This document shows, piece by piece, positions 39,441-51,762 of a stretch of DNA of 64,000 nucleotides (position 1 is the first letter of the stretch; each line of letters starts with the position of its first letter). The notes under the pieces were generated by a model, which saw only the letters and a program-made list of their open reading frames with translations, was not told the origin of the DNA and did no database searches. The position numbers and the translations under genes were made by a program. Location: NCBI GenBank assembly GCA_964106645.2, contig OZ067040.1; one strand, written 5' to 3'. This DNA is from Podarcis pityusensis (taxonomy: Eukaryota).

Positions 39441-40760
39441 CCAGTTAAGAATGAGAAAATCTCTTCCCTTTGCAATAATAAATATGAGAGGATAACAAAT
39501 GTGAATTATCTTTTCCGAATGCTCTGGCAAATAAGTAGAGTCTTTTAAAAATGAAACAAGGATTAAAGGCCTGACATACTGATGTTAATTGAAGCACTGC
39601 TGAACGGACGTGCTTTTTAGCAGTGACAAATAATTTAGTCTTCTTGCTGGCTCCATACAGCTTGTTGGCTCCGTATGACTCTTCTAACTATGTATAAATT
39701 ACTGGCTAAAGCTACAGAGTTCTATATCCCCACCCCTCCCATTTTGCAATAGTCTTCAAATTGAGCAGCTTTGGCTAATGAGGAATCATGTATGGCACCC
39801 ACAGAAGGCAAATTTAATATAGGCACTCTGAATACCTGCCTTTGCACAAATGTTACTGTCTGTACTATTTGTGTCAATAATAATAAAAAGCTAATTCTAA
39901 AACACCTGTTAAAAACCCTGTTGACACTAATTCCATGTCCAGCTGCTTGCTCACTGCAAGCACAACTTCATCCTAAGCCTTCTGGGGGAAAACAGAAAAG
40001 GATCTGCTCTCTAGCAGGTCTTTCTCAGATGGTGGAAACTGGGCTAGCTTCATTTAAATTAAGCCTACTTGTGCCATGCATGAATTGGATCCCAGCTGAG
40101 GAACAGTTTACTGCACATGTTCAGTATAGCTACTCAATGGACAAGGTGCCTAGAAGATAAATTACCTGAGAAGAAGCTGCAGGGAATAGGAAGGCCAACT
40201 CTGAGGAACAACGTTTAAGGCTGCAGTCCAGTGTATGCTTACTTGAGGTAATATTCTCCTCATTTAATTCCAGTTCAAGAGCCAACTTCGCCTCTGCCTT
40301 GCCCATCCCTCTCTGCCTCCTGGTAAGTAGCAACGACTTATTTGACTGGCCTGGTCTACATATGCAGCAGAATTAGGTGGGTATGAAGTGATAGGTTGAT
40401 CAGTCTTACCTCAGGTTGTAAATGAACAATCACATTTTTTAAAAAAATGTTTCCTTGGCAAAAAGAAAGAAAATGGAAAGAGAGCAGAGAAGGGAGTACA
40501 GTAGTTATACTGGAACAATTCTTCCTGATGACCTAAAATTTACCTGTAAGGAGTTTTTTTGGGGGGGGGGATGCCACAGTTGGGAACATTCAAAAGTTTC
40601 ACATGCACACACAGAGAGACACACACCACCTGCAGCCCGAAATGGCATAGTTCCCTTCACCACTATAAGGGGAAAGCCAAGCCCCAAATTTCATAAAAAC
40701 ATAGCAGAAGAGAAGCAGTATGTCTTTCATTATCCTTAACACAATAAGGCATTAACTTAC

Positions 40761-40861
40761 CTGTCTGTAATCTATTTTTAAACCTTCTGTGCCTACAAGA
40801 GATCCATGTTGAAACACACCAATGTGAGGAAACCAATTATCCACTAATACTGGCTGCGCTG
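40761..40861 (-). other. Candidate non-coding (5' UTR) exon
   Basis: Consensus donor CAG|GTAAGT at 40760 and a pyrimidine-rich NAGNAG acceptor (cattttctttagcag) about 100 nt upstream; no long ORF. Confidence 0.3.
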
Positions 40862-42794
40862 CTAAAGAAAATGATGCCTTTTGAAATACTATTTTTGCTA
40901 ATGTAGGTGGACAATAAAAAGGAGAGCAAACTCTCAGGAATCAGCGGGAGTTTGAAATGTAGACAATTTGCTTTAATAGCAGTGTCCTCTTGGGGATATG
41001 TTCAAAGATCTCTGATCCTCCTGTCATTGATGTCTAGGAAGCATTTCCTATGGAAATTGAATTTTTAAAAAAGACCAAGCCCAATGGGGGAAATGTTGGA
41101 CTAGATGTAAACCTGTGACAAACTCCACGGCTTTGATTATACAGAGACCGCTGGAATTTTGGAAATGTGGTTCTTTTATTGTGCCAGCCATGCACTCCAA
41201 AACAGACCCCCCCCCCAAAAAAAATACAATGGGACACCCAGTTTTCCTTTATATCATCCTATAGGGTCACACTCAAACTCTGAATTCAATAACCAGAGCA
41301 AAATCTTTCTGCAAAACATTTTCTCTCCAGTATAGCTGACACCCAGTTAGTAAACAGGCATAGGACTGAGCTGTAAGTCCTACAGATGTCAGTGGTTCTT
41401 TCTTCCAATTGTGCATAGGACTGTAGCTTTAGGAAGGAGCACCAATTGAGCCCGTGTTTAATTCAGTGGACTTGTAAATGAGTTAAAATGAAGGGTAAAA
41501 TTTTCACTATACACAGCGAGCTGTTCAAAGGCTATTTAAGCTTGTTTGGCATAGCAGTGCAAGAAAGTGGCGCACAGCATTCTCAAGGACATTTTCAAGG
41601 TCGCAGAGCAACGCAGAAGCAGCCTTAAGGTTAGCATCCTTACCCATTGCTTCATTACCTGTCCAAGGTCTTGCCTATTACACAACACAGCCCTGCCTTT
41701 CAGGGGATAGTGCTGAGGTTTGGTTTTGCCTCAAAAGAGTAGCGTGGCAATTAATACATTCCTGTCACTTTGAAAAGACATTGGGTTAACTCAGATGCAA
41801 TCAAACTTACTGCCAAAGGGGAAAACAAATAAGGTAAACACCAAAGCCACTTGCTACCAATACATGACAAACCCTATCGAGCATGAGAATTCTCCTGAAA
41901 CAACCATTTGCAATTGCCTTTATGAGAGGGGAAGGGAAGGGTCTCTGAACGCAGCATGGCAGCTTGGATTGACAAACCAACTTTTTGCACATCCATCAAC
42001 TGGCTGATTCATGAAGCATTTCTGACTAGAAGGGACCACACAATGGTTCTTGCGATCACGCTGAAAGTTGCGAGAAATCAAATTTAATTTGCATTACAAT
42101 GCACCATTTTAAAAATTGCATTACAAAGTAGTCCTCTCACAGGACTCCCGTGACTTCCTTTCCACTTATTTGAAAAGCAGACAGCAGACAGTGAATTTAA
42201 GCAGAATTTAAGAGGCACCACATTCATTTTTACCCTAAAATGAAGCCAGGACTCATGAAGTAAACACAACCTGGGGGGGGGGGGGAGTCAATATTGTGCA
42301 GACATCATAAAATTACTGCAATCCCACAAGTTGTAAAACTGGCATTTTGTACAGGAAGGAGAATACATGTGTAACATTTTTTTAGGGTGATGGTACTGAG
42401 TTTAAAGCACTATATTCAGTCCAAACGTACTTTTCTTCTCTAGGGTTGAGCTTTTGCAGGGAGTATCAGCTTTGCAAGTGAGAATCAGAAACTGTGTAGG
42501 ATTCCAATTGGCTGCATTCCTGTGTCATAACAAAAAACTGCTCTATTCTTTTTTTTAAAAAAAAGTTTCCTTTTAAAAAATTAATAAGGCAATGAATGAA
42601 CAGATAAAATATGAATATTTCAGCAGCGGTTTAACATTTTAAGAAGGTGGACAGTTCATCTGAAGCATGATAATGAATGTTTGTCACTGCAAAGCCATGA
42701 GGAACCATATTTATCCCACAGCTAAAGGATATGCAGTGATCTGTTTTTTATATTGTGTTTACATCACCCTAATAGGGTAAAATAATGACATAAA

Positions 42795-43200
42795 GTACCA
42801 AGACTGGATTACTGCAATGTGTTCTGTGTGAGACTTCCCTTGTGCTTGATCTGGAAGCTGCCCTGGTTGCCAATTTGCTACTGGACCAAGTTCAAGGTGC
42901 TGCTACTAGTATATAAAGCCTTCAACAACTTGGGACCAGTACCTGTCCCCTTACTCCAAATATGCCCACTATGCCGCTTTGATCTGCAGAGCTGGCACTG
43001 CTACACTACAGGTATTATATATTACCCATTCTGCATTTGTAAGAAATCGATCTTTCAGTGTGATAGCACCAAACTTTGGAACTCCCTATTGACATTAGGC
43101 AGGTGCCTTTGCTGTACTCTTCTCAGAGCCTGCTAAAAACCCCTTTTTAAAAGCCTGCTGAAACATGTAGAATGTTGGTGTGTGTTTTAATTTGTTTCTT
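42795..43200 (+). mobile_element. L2 LINE 3' fragment with internal deletion
   Basis: RLDYCN..C.RLPL..IWKL fused directly to PWLPICYWTKFKVLLLVYKAFNNLGP and later LWNSL. Confidence 0.75.
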
Positions 43201-43299
43201 AGCATGCACCTTGGTGTGAACCTCCCCATGGCAATTCCTACTGGTTGCCCAGCAGGCAGGCTGGGTGGAATCCCAGTGCAGGATGTGGGCTGCCTAGAA

Positions 43300-43431
43300 T
43301 AAGGTTACCAGATTTTTTCCAATGAATCTGGGGACACTTTTCAGCTTCCTACTAAATAGATGGATTTTGTCAGGGGACTGATTTGTAAATCCGGGATTGT
43401 CCCCAGGAAACGGGGAAATCTGGTAACCTTA
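43300..43431. mobile_element. hAT MITE, 132 bp
   Basis: Perfect 16-bp TIR TAAGGTTACCAGATTT and perfect 8-bp TSD GCCTAGAA. Confidence 0.92.
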
Positions 43432-46400
43432 GCCTAGAAGCAAGAGAGAGGATCCTTGCCTTTATGCAAGATCAAACCCAATGATCCTGTACCCAATGAA
43501 GTTTTGGCCTCGTTTATCTTGTACATGGTTCTAGTCTGCTTCCCGCACTTCTGCCTCTCTGCGCACAGCTATATTTTTGGTGCACAGACTTACATATTCA
43601 GATGGGAGAGTCAGGATTGTGGCAAGTGCTCTTTCCTTACATTAAAGGATGAATGTGCCAAACAATGAAATGATTTCACCATTTTTTAGGAGAAGGTTTC
43701 AGTTGAAAGCAAGAAAGGAGAAAATGTATTATTTAATTTCAAGAGTTAATTGACTGGCTGAAAGAATCACATTTGACTTCAGAAGCCCTTGAATCAGAGA
43801 CTCAATAAAACAAATATTTGCCTCCATGATGGCCCAGCTTCCCGAATTTATGCAGTTATTTTCTGTTAGTGTTAAGGGGCCTTGAAAATATCAATCCTAG
43901 ACACGTTACTGATGAACTAGGCCCATTGTGAAGTATTTTGTAATGCTACACTTAGCTAACTTAATATGCAAATAAATTCAAGTATTTACTGAGCCATGAG
44001 AGAGCTACTAGGCACATCTCTCATCGTCATTGATAGGGAAAATAGATGGAGGCTACCAAATGGAATCGGGAGATAAGATATATGCAAAATATTTCTCTGT
44101 TGCAAAGGCAAAGTGCACAGCTGCAGCAACATTAAGGATAAATAGATTTTTTTTCATGATAGTCTCTTATGAACATATTTTTCTCTGTGTGTGTAAGCAG
44201 TTATAAGCTGTGCCATTTTCAGATCATAGAGTCACTTGTACTGCAAATCTCTCTTCACTGGGCTGGACAACATCCCCGCCCAGCTCCTGAGGTTTCAGAG
44301 CACTGCTCTAGAATCTCAGGGCTCATCCAAACTTCTGCTTGTCCCATGCCTAGAAAACGTGGAGCTCAGTGGTTTTCCCCTTGTCCCATTCATTTCCCAG
44401 GAAAAACCCACTCTTTTATGCTAAATCAGAGCAGACCTCAATCTAGAGCAACCCCAAATTTCCATTGGCTTCGATTGAGTGCTAAAGAGCAATTTTTCCT
44501 GAGGGTAAACAGTGGGACAAGAGGAATGGTGGATAAGCCCTTAGTCAAGTTGTCTCTACAGCAAAACATGGTAGTATGGAATGCCTCTGCTCAGGGTCCA
44601 GCTCAAACACCATGTTGTTGTTGTTGTTGTTATATTTATACCCTGCCTATCTGGCTGGGCACCCCAGCCTTCTTCCAGGATATGCCATAGATAGATCTGA
44701 GCATTTTCATCAAATAGACAGCAGAAGATTCTAGTTCCACACCCCACAAGTGCACTAGAAGCCACTAATAGGCAGCCATCTTCTGATGCTTCAGAGGCAA
44801 ATTTTGCATAGAAACTATTTTTAAAAAAATCAGAAAATTAATTACAGACCTAGAGATAATGTGATGACTTGCATTCTGTTACTAGTACAGTATAGTCACA
44901 GAAGCTTGCTGCATATCCTGTATGCTTTTCTTGTAATAAAGATCTGTCAATCATCTTTCACGAAACAATGAATGTAGCAATAGCTAATCTTTTTAAAGTT
45001 CCTTCACAATCTCTGGTTACCTAGGCGATACCTGTGATTAGAAGATTCCTCACAATATTAGCATTTTCCAATACTCAAAGTCCACTTGTAGCACACTGCT
45101 ATAGACTTGACTATTTCTCTCTCAAATAGCATTTCTCCTCAGGGAAATTCCCACAGATGGTGCTGGGAAATGGCAACATCTTATATATTTTATAAGAACC
45201 TATGGGATTTAATAGAGAAATCCAATCCTGGTATACCATGCATATGTATACCACATTCTATATACTAAGAATTATCTCTCAAGTTCTGTAGGAGGTGCCT
45301 TGCTATCATTTTAAATCTTAAGTTCCGCTTCAAATTTGGTATTTCAAAGGGTGATTCTCTCACCTTTGTTTAGCAACCTTTTGACTCATTCTCATTGTCC
45401 AAATACAATCTTATCCACCTGCCTACAGAAAAGCAGGGGGGCAAGTTACCTATATCAGCAGTTGCTTCACAAACAGCAAAACTGGGGTGAAAAACTAAAA
45501 GTTCATACTCACACATCCTTAATTACCCCAAGTTTTAAGTCTCCATTTACTGAAATCTGTAAGGGTTTAATTGATCCGCATGCACATTTATCTTATTTCT
45601 TTCCCCTGTACGGTTCTGTATTCTCACAAAATTACACACCAAACCATCTCATTCTGGATGACCGAGATATTTGTATCTTCAGAGTATTTTCTACATACGC
45701 AAAAAAATCTGTTTTAAAATGTTTTAAATGGGGAGGTGAACAAATCACCGTTTCACTTAACAGCATATTAATACACCTATATATTAACAGCAACTTATTT
45801 CAAACATTCGTGCCATTTGGGCAAGGAAGTAAATAGATATTTTCTCTTTATTCCCATCTTTTGGAGCATAAAGAGGAGATATTGCAAAATGAATAACAGG
45901 ATTTTTAAAAGACCCGTTTAACAAGAATACACCTATATTTCTACCTGATTATTGTTTTTAATTATGGTTGTTAGACATTCCAGAAGTCTTTAGTCTGAAT
46001 AGCAAAATATACATTTATGTATAAATAATATACACACTAGTTATTCTGTTCTGCTGAGACACATATGAATGTTTGGCTACATATCCCTTCTGGTCACTAA
46101 ATTATACTAAACATCAGCTCAGCAGATATCAGGTCAGCAACTAGATTTTTTCTGGACGGCCACTCTGAGAAGGGAGTGAGTAGCAGACATGGACCACCAC
46201 CACCCCTCTCCAAAGCGCTGGCTTCCAAGGCCTAATGTCCCTGGTGCCTCTCTGGGTTTGTGAGGTATTCCTCCTGGCCCAGGGGCTTCTGATCTCTGAA
46301 ACCTACTGCTATGCAAATTTACTCTGCACCTTTCAAGTAGCCCTGTTTCAAGGCTACTTCATCTTGGCAAAATTAACTGCTTGAGAATGAAGACTGAGAA

Positions 46401-46648
46401 GCTCCTTGAAGCCTGGTGTGAGCTGCTGAGACTGCTGTATATTGCAGCTCAACCCAAATTTAGCATTTCACCACTCAGCCTGCAGAGCAGTCCTTTCTAT
46501 CTCTTAAGCTGTAACTAAGTGATGCAGAAGACATTCTATACGCCATATACATGTTAAGGAAGGAAGAGTAAAGCTTTGAGATATTGGACTGAATTGCACA
46601 ACACTATAGTTTTCCAGTACACATCTGTGTGACTATATAAATCAGATA

Positions 46649-46767
46649 TTGGGTGATATCCAACAGTAGTCATAGGGTAGATCCACTGAAATCAATGGAG
46701 TTAAATGACTTAAGTTCATTGATTTGAACAAATGTACTCTGAATATGACTAAGTTGGATATCAGCCA
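46649..46767. repeat. Palindromic MITE-like repeat
   Basis: TGGGTGATATCCAAC..TAGTCATA...TATGACTAAGTTGGATATCAGCCA fold-back. Confidence 0.7.
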
Positions 46768-47067
46768 TCGTTGCTAGTATAATGGAGAGAATGCTTAGTG
46801 TGACTGTTAGATACTGAGGATTTTATTCAGATTCCTGTTAGGTATATGTTTCTTGTCTTTGAGGAAAACTGCTATAAATAACAAAATGAAAAATAACTTT
46901 AAAAAAAATTAAAACAGGCACATTCTCTCAGCAATCCTTATACCTTCTTTGTGAGTCACAGCAGTATTATTTTCTCCACAAATACATATTTGGGAGGAGG
47001 GCAGAGCAGTCTGAGGAGTGGCTTGCCAAAGATTCCTAAATTGATAGCAAACATGATATTTGACTAC

Positions 47068-47258
47068 ACTGTGTACATACTTTACCTTTAAAGCACATTC
47101 AAACCATGTTCCTTCCCTCAAAGAATTCTGGGCACTGTAGTTTAGCCCTTCACAGAGTTACAGTTCACAGCAGCCCTTAACAAACTACAGTGCCCAGAGG
47201 TTTTTTTAGGAAAAGAATGTGTTTCAAATGTGCTTTAAGAATATACTGTGTATACAGT
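47068..47258. repeat. Palindromic MITE (possibly PIF/Harbinger-type); related copy at about 57295-57575
   Basis: CTGTGTACA...TTAAAGCACATT...CTGGGCACTGTAGTTT / AAACTACAGTGCCCAG...AATGTGCTTTAA...TGTATACAG. Confidence 0.7.
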
Positions 47259-50243
47259 CCATGTCTCTTAGGCACTATGTGACAATTGTTCTTACCATTT
47301 GCCTAAAAGATACAAGCATTTTAAATGTGGGCTCAAGCTTGCAGGGTCTGTTCTCTGTTTTATAAACATTTTTTTTAAAAAACAAACATAAAAATCCTGA
47401 AATATTTAAACACCATGGCATGTTGTCATGGGTCTATTCCTGTTGTAATCTTGCTCTTCCAATTGCTTTAAGTCAGCAAAATAAAACAAAAATCCCAATT
47501 TCATAAGACAAAAGAAGGGACATGCAAACATAAGAAAACTCCTGTTAGATCAGTCCAAAAATCTATCTGTTTCACCATCTTCCACCCTGCAGTGGCCAAG
47601 CAGGTACTAAGATGTGAAGGCAACAGCCTTATCTTGTCTCTAGAATCTAATACTAATAATCAGAGCTACTGCATCCAAGCATGGAGGTTTCATTGAGCTA
47701 TCATAGCTAACTGCTGTTAATAGACCTATGCTCCGTGTGTTGGTCTAACCCCCTTTAAATCTACATTGGATGGGGGGGGGGGGACTTAGTACTATTTTAT
47801 GGTTTTACAAACCTGATATTAATTTATGGATAAGCAAAATGAGTGCTGCATAGTTGAAAATATGCAGGGGGGAGAGAGAGCTGCAGGTTTTATATCCCCA
47901 TAGCGTCTTTCTAGTACTGTACTGGATCCAAAACTTTGAGTAGATAGTGAAAAATGTAACTGAACAATGCAGGCTGCAAGCAAAAGGGTGGGGTGTCACT
48001 GTCTGTATTTTCCTTATGCCAGCTCAAAATAGTATCATTGCTAGGATTGCAAAGGGAGGGGAATTAGTATGAAAGCAGAAAGGATGCTATGCCACCTCAC
48101 TTTCAAATAACTGTTCTCTATTTGGGGACAGTAAAGAAGGAGTAAGGGTCAAAATTAACTGGGGACAATCCCCAGGTAGAGGTATCAGTTAAGCTGTCTT
48201 GGTAAGTGCCTGAGGGGGTGGGATATCACTTATTGGTTGTGTGGTCACCTTTTGTTCATTCACAGTATAAACTGTTGCTGAAGGCTGTTCAAACTCACAT
48301 ATCAGCTTGCAGTATTAATTCCGTTCCCCATGGCATTCACCTGTGTATTACAAAGCATTCTGGTTACAAATGCTTCAAACAGGTCTCTGAAGACGCAAAG
48401 ATATCAAATCTATTCAGCTGCCACATTTCTACAAGCCTGAGTGTCAGGATTGATTCCGACAAGAGATTAGACTCAAATTTTTGATCTAGCCCAGGAATTT
48501 TTGATCAAGCCCAGGACATAGACTCATGCTTTATCCCCAGGAGTGGCAATCTAACCACTCTTGACAAAATTGTATAGAGAAAACAACCACCATAAGACAA
48601 TTCTTTGAAACATACACATGGGAGTGAATAAGCAAGAAATCTATTGAACCTAATATTGCCAAAAGATCTCTAAAAGCAGGTATTTTAAAGGTCAGCAAAT
48701 CCTCTGCTGGAGGAATATGCTACTGAAACATTTTCTGCCTGGTCCACAGATAGGTAATACCAGTGCAGAAGCACAGAATTTATTGGACATAAACTCAACC
48801 TGTATCCAACTTCTCAAGCTCTGTTGGCTTCAGGATCAGAGTCACCAATTCACATCAGCATCAGATTTGTCCCTAAAGACTTGTCCTAAACTCAAGATAG
48901 TAATGACTGAATCTCTGAGAAAGCTGCAAGCAATTCAGTCCAGCTAAATCCTCTTGATTTCCAGGTTGCAGCTTTATATATGCACAGAACAAACACTCGG
49001 CATTTTCTACTCATTCACTCCTGTTGTGTCTGCTTCCCCCCACCCCCCAACCTCTATTTTTCTGCGGAGCCAGCCTTAGAAGCCCAGAGCATATAATATT
49101 TTAATTTTATTTTTAAAAGCATCCACCAATTAAGAGGCTGCTTGACCACAAATCCGCAGGCATTTTGTTTAAAAATAAAATTTTAATTTCAGGAACATGT
49201 CACACATGAGCAGGAAACTCCATATTATTCCTCCTTAATGAGATGAACCTATTCACTGAAAGCCCATTCATGGACTCGTATTTACAAGCGGGGGTGGGGT
49301 GGGGGGAGAGAAGCAACTTTCAGAGATGCTCATTGTTCAATTACTCATTGATAATCCCCTTGGTCTAAGGTGGAAGGTAATTACGTTAGGGGCATCGGAG
49401 AGGCTTTTTTATGCAACAGATGCATTTCCCCTGACTCAGACGAAGACTCTTTTTGTTTCTGGGTGTTCTACTCAATAGTCATCAAATACACATTTCCATA
49501 TACATTTTAAAACATGTAAAATAATATAGTGCAGGTAAACACAGCCAAAGCTAAAAAAAAAAAAAAAAAGGTTTTCTCTGTAAGTTCTATGTTTTACACT
49601 CTCCAAGTTAAAATCATCATGCTTAAAATATATACAGGGCTTCCTGTGAATTTCATTAAGGGTACATCAGCATAAATCTTCAGGTATAAATAGATCAGTT
49701 TTGGACAGAATGTTTAAAGGGATTCATAGCCGTAACAGCAAAATCTAGGCTATAACCACACTGTTTATATTCTGGTATAAGCAGTTTTCAAAACACACAC
49801 ACACACCCCTTTACTTGTCAGAAATGGGGAAAGTCCACTTTGACAAACATATGAAAAACCTTCAAGCCATTCATTTATCATCAAAACCACAGAATTAACT
49901 ACACACACACACACACAGACTTTGTTTGATACTGAAAAAACAAAACATGCAGAAGGCTTTAATAGGATGCCTTTCCATACAGAACTGTTCCAAAGACAGT
50001 ACTGATAATTAGCATTAAGGTGGTTAAACTTAAGGCTTGAGTGTTCCCTGAAATTGTACACCAGGATATGTGCATATGCATACATGTATGAATCACATTA
50101 AAAAGGCTGTAGAAATATTGAAGTCGATAGCATGCCATGCCGATATAATGACAGCTGATTTTTTAATAACGGGATGACCCAGCAGCAGCAGCAACAAAGC
50201 ACAGGGAAAACAACCACCACAACAACAACCCCCCTCCCCTTAC

Positions 50244-50388
50244 CTATTGCTTATGTTTTAATGATGGATCAGCTTCTTTACAGACACCAGATATTTTGGC
50301 CCAGAGAGTAGAGGACTTGGAGCACGTGCACGCAGACCGTTCCACAAGCCATTTTCCCCCTGTCCGTTAGCACACCGTACATCTCCAG
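50244..50388 (-). other. Candidate 5' UTR/first exon of SCML4 running into the assembly gap
   Basis: Donor ATAG|gtaagg at 50243; CpG-retaining unique sequence; adjacent to the promoter-like region. Confidence 0.4.
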
Positions 50389-50544
50389 NNNNNNNNNNNN
50401 NNNNNNNNNNNNNNNNNNNNNNNNNNNNNNNNNNNNNNNNNNNNNNNNNNNNNNNNNNNNNNNNNNNNNNNNNNNNNNNNNNNNNNNNNNNNNNNNNNNN
50501 NNNNNNNNNNNNNNNNNNNNNNNNNNNNNNNNNNNNNNNNNNNN
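50389..50544. other. Assembly gap (156 N) bordered by (AC)n/(GT)n repeats
   Basis: Run of N in the sequence. Confidence 1.
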
Positions 50545-50545
50545 A

Positions 50546-50810
50546 ACACACACACACACATTTTACAAGCAGAAAATGAGGCCTGTATGTGTGTGTGTGT
50601 GTGTGTGTGTGTGATGCTGTGCTGTGCTGTGCTGTGTTTTCTTCCGCTCGCTGCAGCTAAACTAAAGAGGGAGGGATGTGTCACGTTATAGAAAGTCTGC
50701 ATAAATAGGTAAAAAGCATTTGTACTTTTAAAATAATGTCCCTTACAGTAACAGGAATTCTTTGACAATGATTACAGTGGGTGTTAGGAACCTCTCTCTC
50801 TCTCAATCTT

Positions 50811-50845
<35 letters not shown>
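50546..50845. repeat. Cluster of (AC)n, (GT)n, (TGCTG)n and (CT)n repeats
   Basis: Direct read, immediately right of the gap. Confidence 0.95.
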
Positions 50846-50868
50846 TTTTTTTAAACTATCCCTCCTTT

Positions 50869-50882
50869 GTTGCCATAGTAAC
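50869..50882. promoter_or_regulatory. RFX X-box (GTTGCCATAGTAAC) in a CpG-enriched promoter-like region (about 50600-51130)
   Basis: Matches the X-box consensus GTNRCC-N0-3-RGYAAC. Flanking 50920-51110 keeps many CpGs in an otherwise CpG-depleted window. Confidence 0.5.
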
Positions 50883-51627
50883 CAGACTGTATCATCATCT
50901 CTTTGTCCCAGTCATGCAGCAACGTGGCCCAGTATTGCGCTTTAGACGACATCAGCGACATGAAGGATCTGTCGTTCGTTCGACTGGCGTTAACGACAGC
51001 AGGCGGCTGTGGCTTTTGATGCAACAAATGTTTTCCTCGGTTAATGGCACTGTTTATGCAGGCTAGCCATTTTATGTACTGACGCTTGTGCTCCCGATCT
51101 AGGGCGTATCAGGTGCATACAATGCAACAGTGATGGGCACAAAACGCTATCTACAAAAGTTGGTTAAAATAGCAGGCGAGGATGGGCAGGATGAGCCCAG
51201 GGAAGTTGCTCCCCTTTCCATCTTCATCACAGTCTCCCTCAGTGAGGAGGAGATCATATCTTCATTCACCTTCCAAGGCATAGAACAGGCCGGTAGCGTT
51301 TGAGGAAAACTTCCTGCAAATAAAATTAAACAACAATCATCCTTCCATGTACCACTGTGATGTCTGCGATTAGATTAGTTTTTATTGTGGCTTTAAAAAA
51401 GAAAAGAGTGTGACATCTATCATTCACTACATAGGCTTATATATAATTTGCTGCATTAGATTTGTTATAAATTCAAAAGGCAGTCCCTGGTAATATAGGC
51501 CTCTTTGGAGAAAAATGTTAGACAAAAATGAACACAGCGTTGTTGGTTCAGACCAAGGTCCATATAATCTCACATTTTGTTTACAACCAGATGCTTCTGG
51601 AAAGCTTACAAGCAGGACATGATGTTT

Positions 51628-51762
51628 CAGGGTTTCTGAAACTTGCGTCTCCAGCTGATTTGGACTGCAAGTCCCATCATCTCTAGCTAGTAGGACCAGT
51701 GGTTAGGGAGGATGGGAATTATAGTTCAAAAACAGCTGGAGATCCAAGTTTGGGAAGCCCTG
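51628..51762. mobile_element. Palindromic hAT (Charlie-type) MITE inside a CR1 3' fragment
   Basis: CAGGGTTTCTGAAACTTG.GTCTCCAGCTG...CAGCTGGAGA.CCAAGTTTGGGAAGCCCTG, fold-back along its length. Related degraded copies at about 13167-13285, 19185-19315 and 30660-30730. Confidence 0.8.

Noticed and set aside
50258-50768. ORFs spanning the N run
   Set aside because: Artefacts of translating the gap and the (GT)n repeat.
51150-51315. Minus-strand acceptor-like TTTTATTTGCAG with a short open frame
   Set aside because: No recognisable product or convincing exon pairing.
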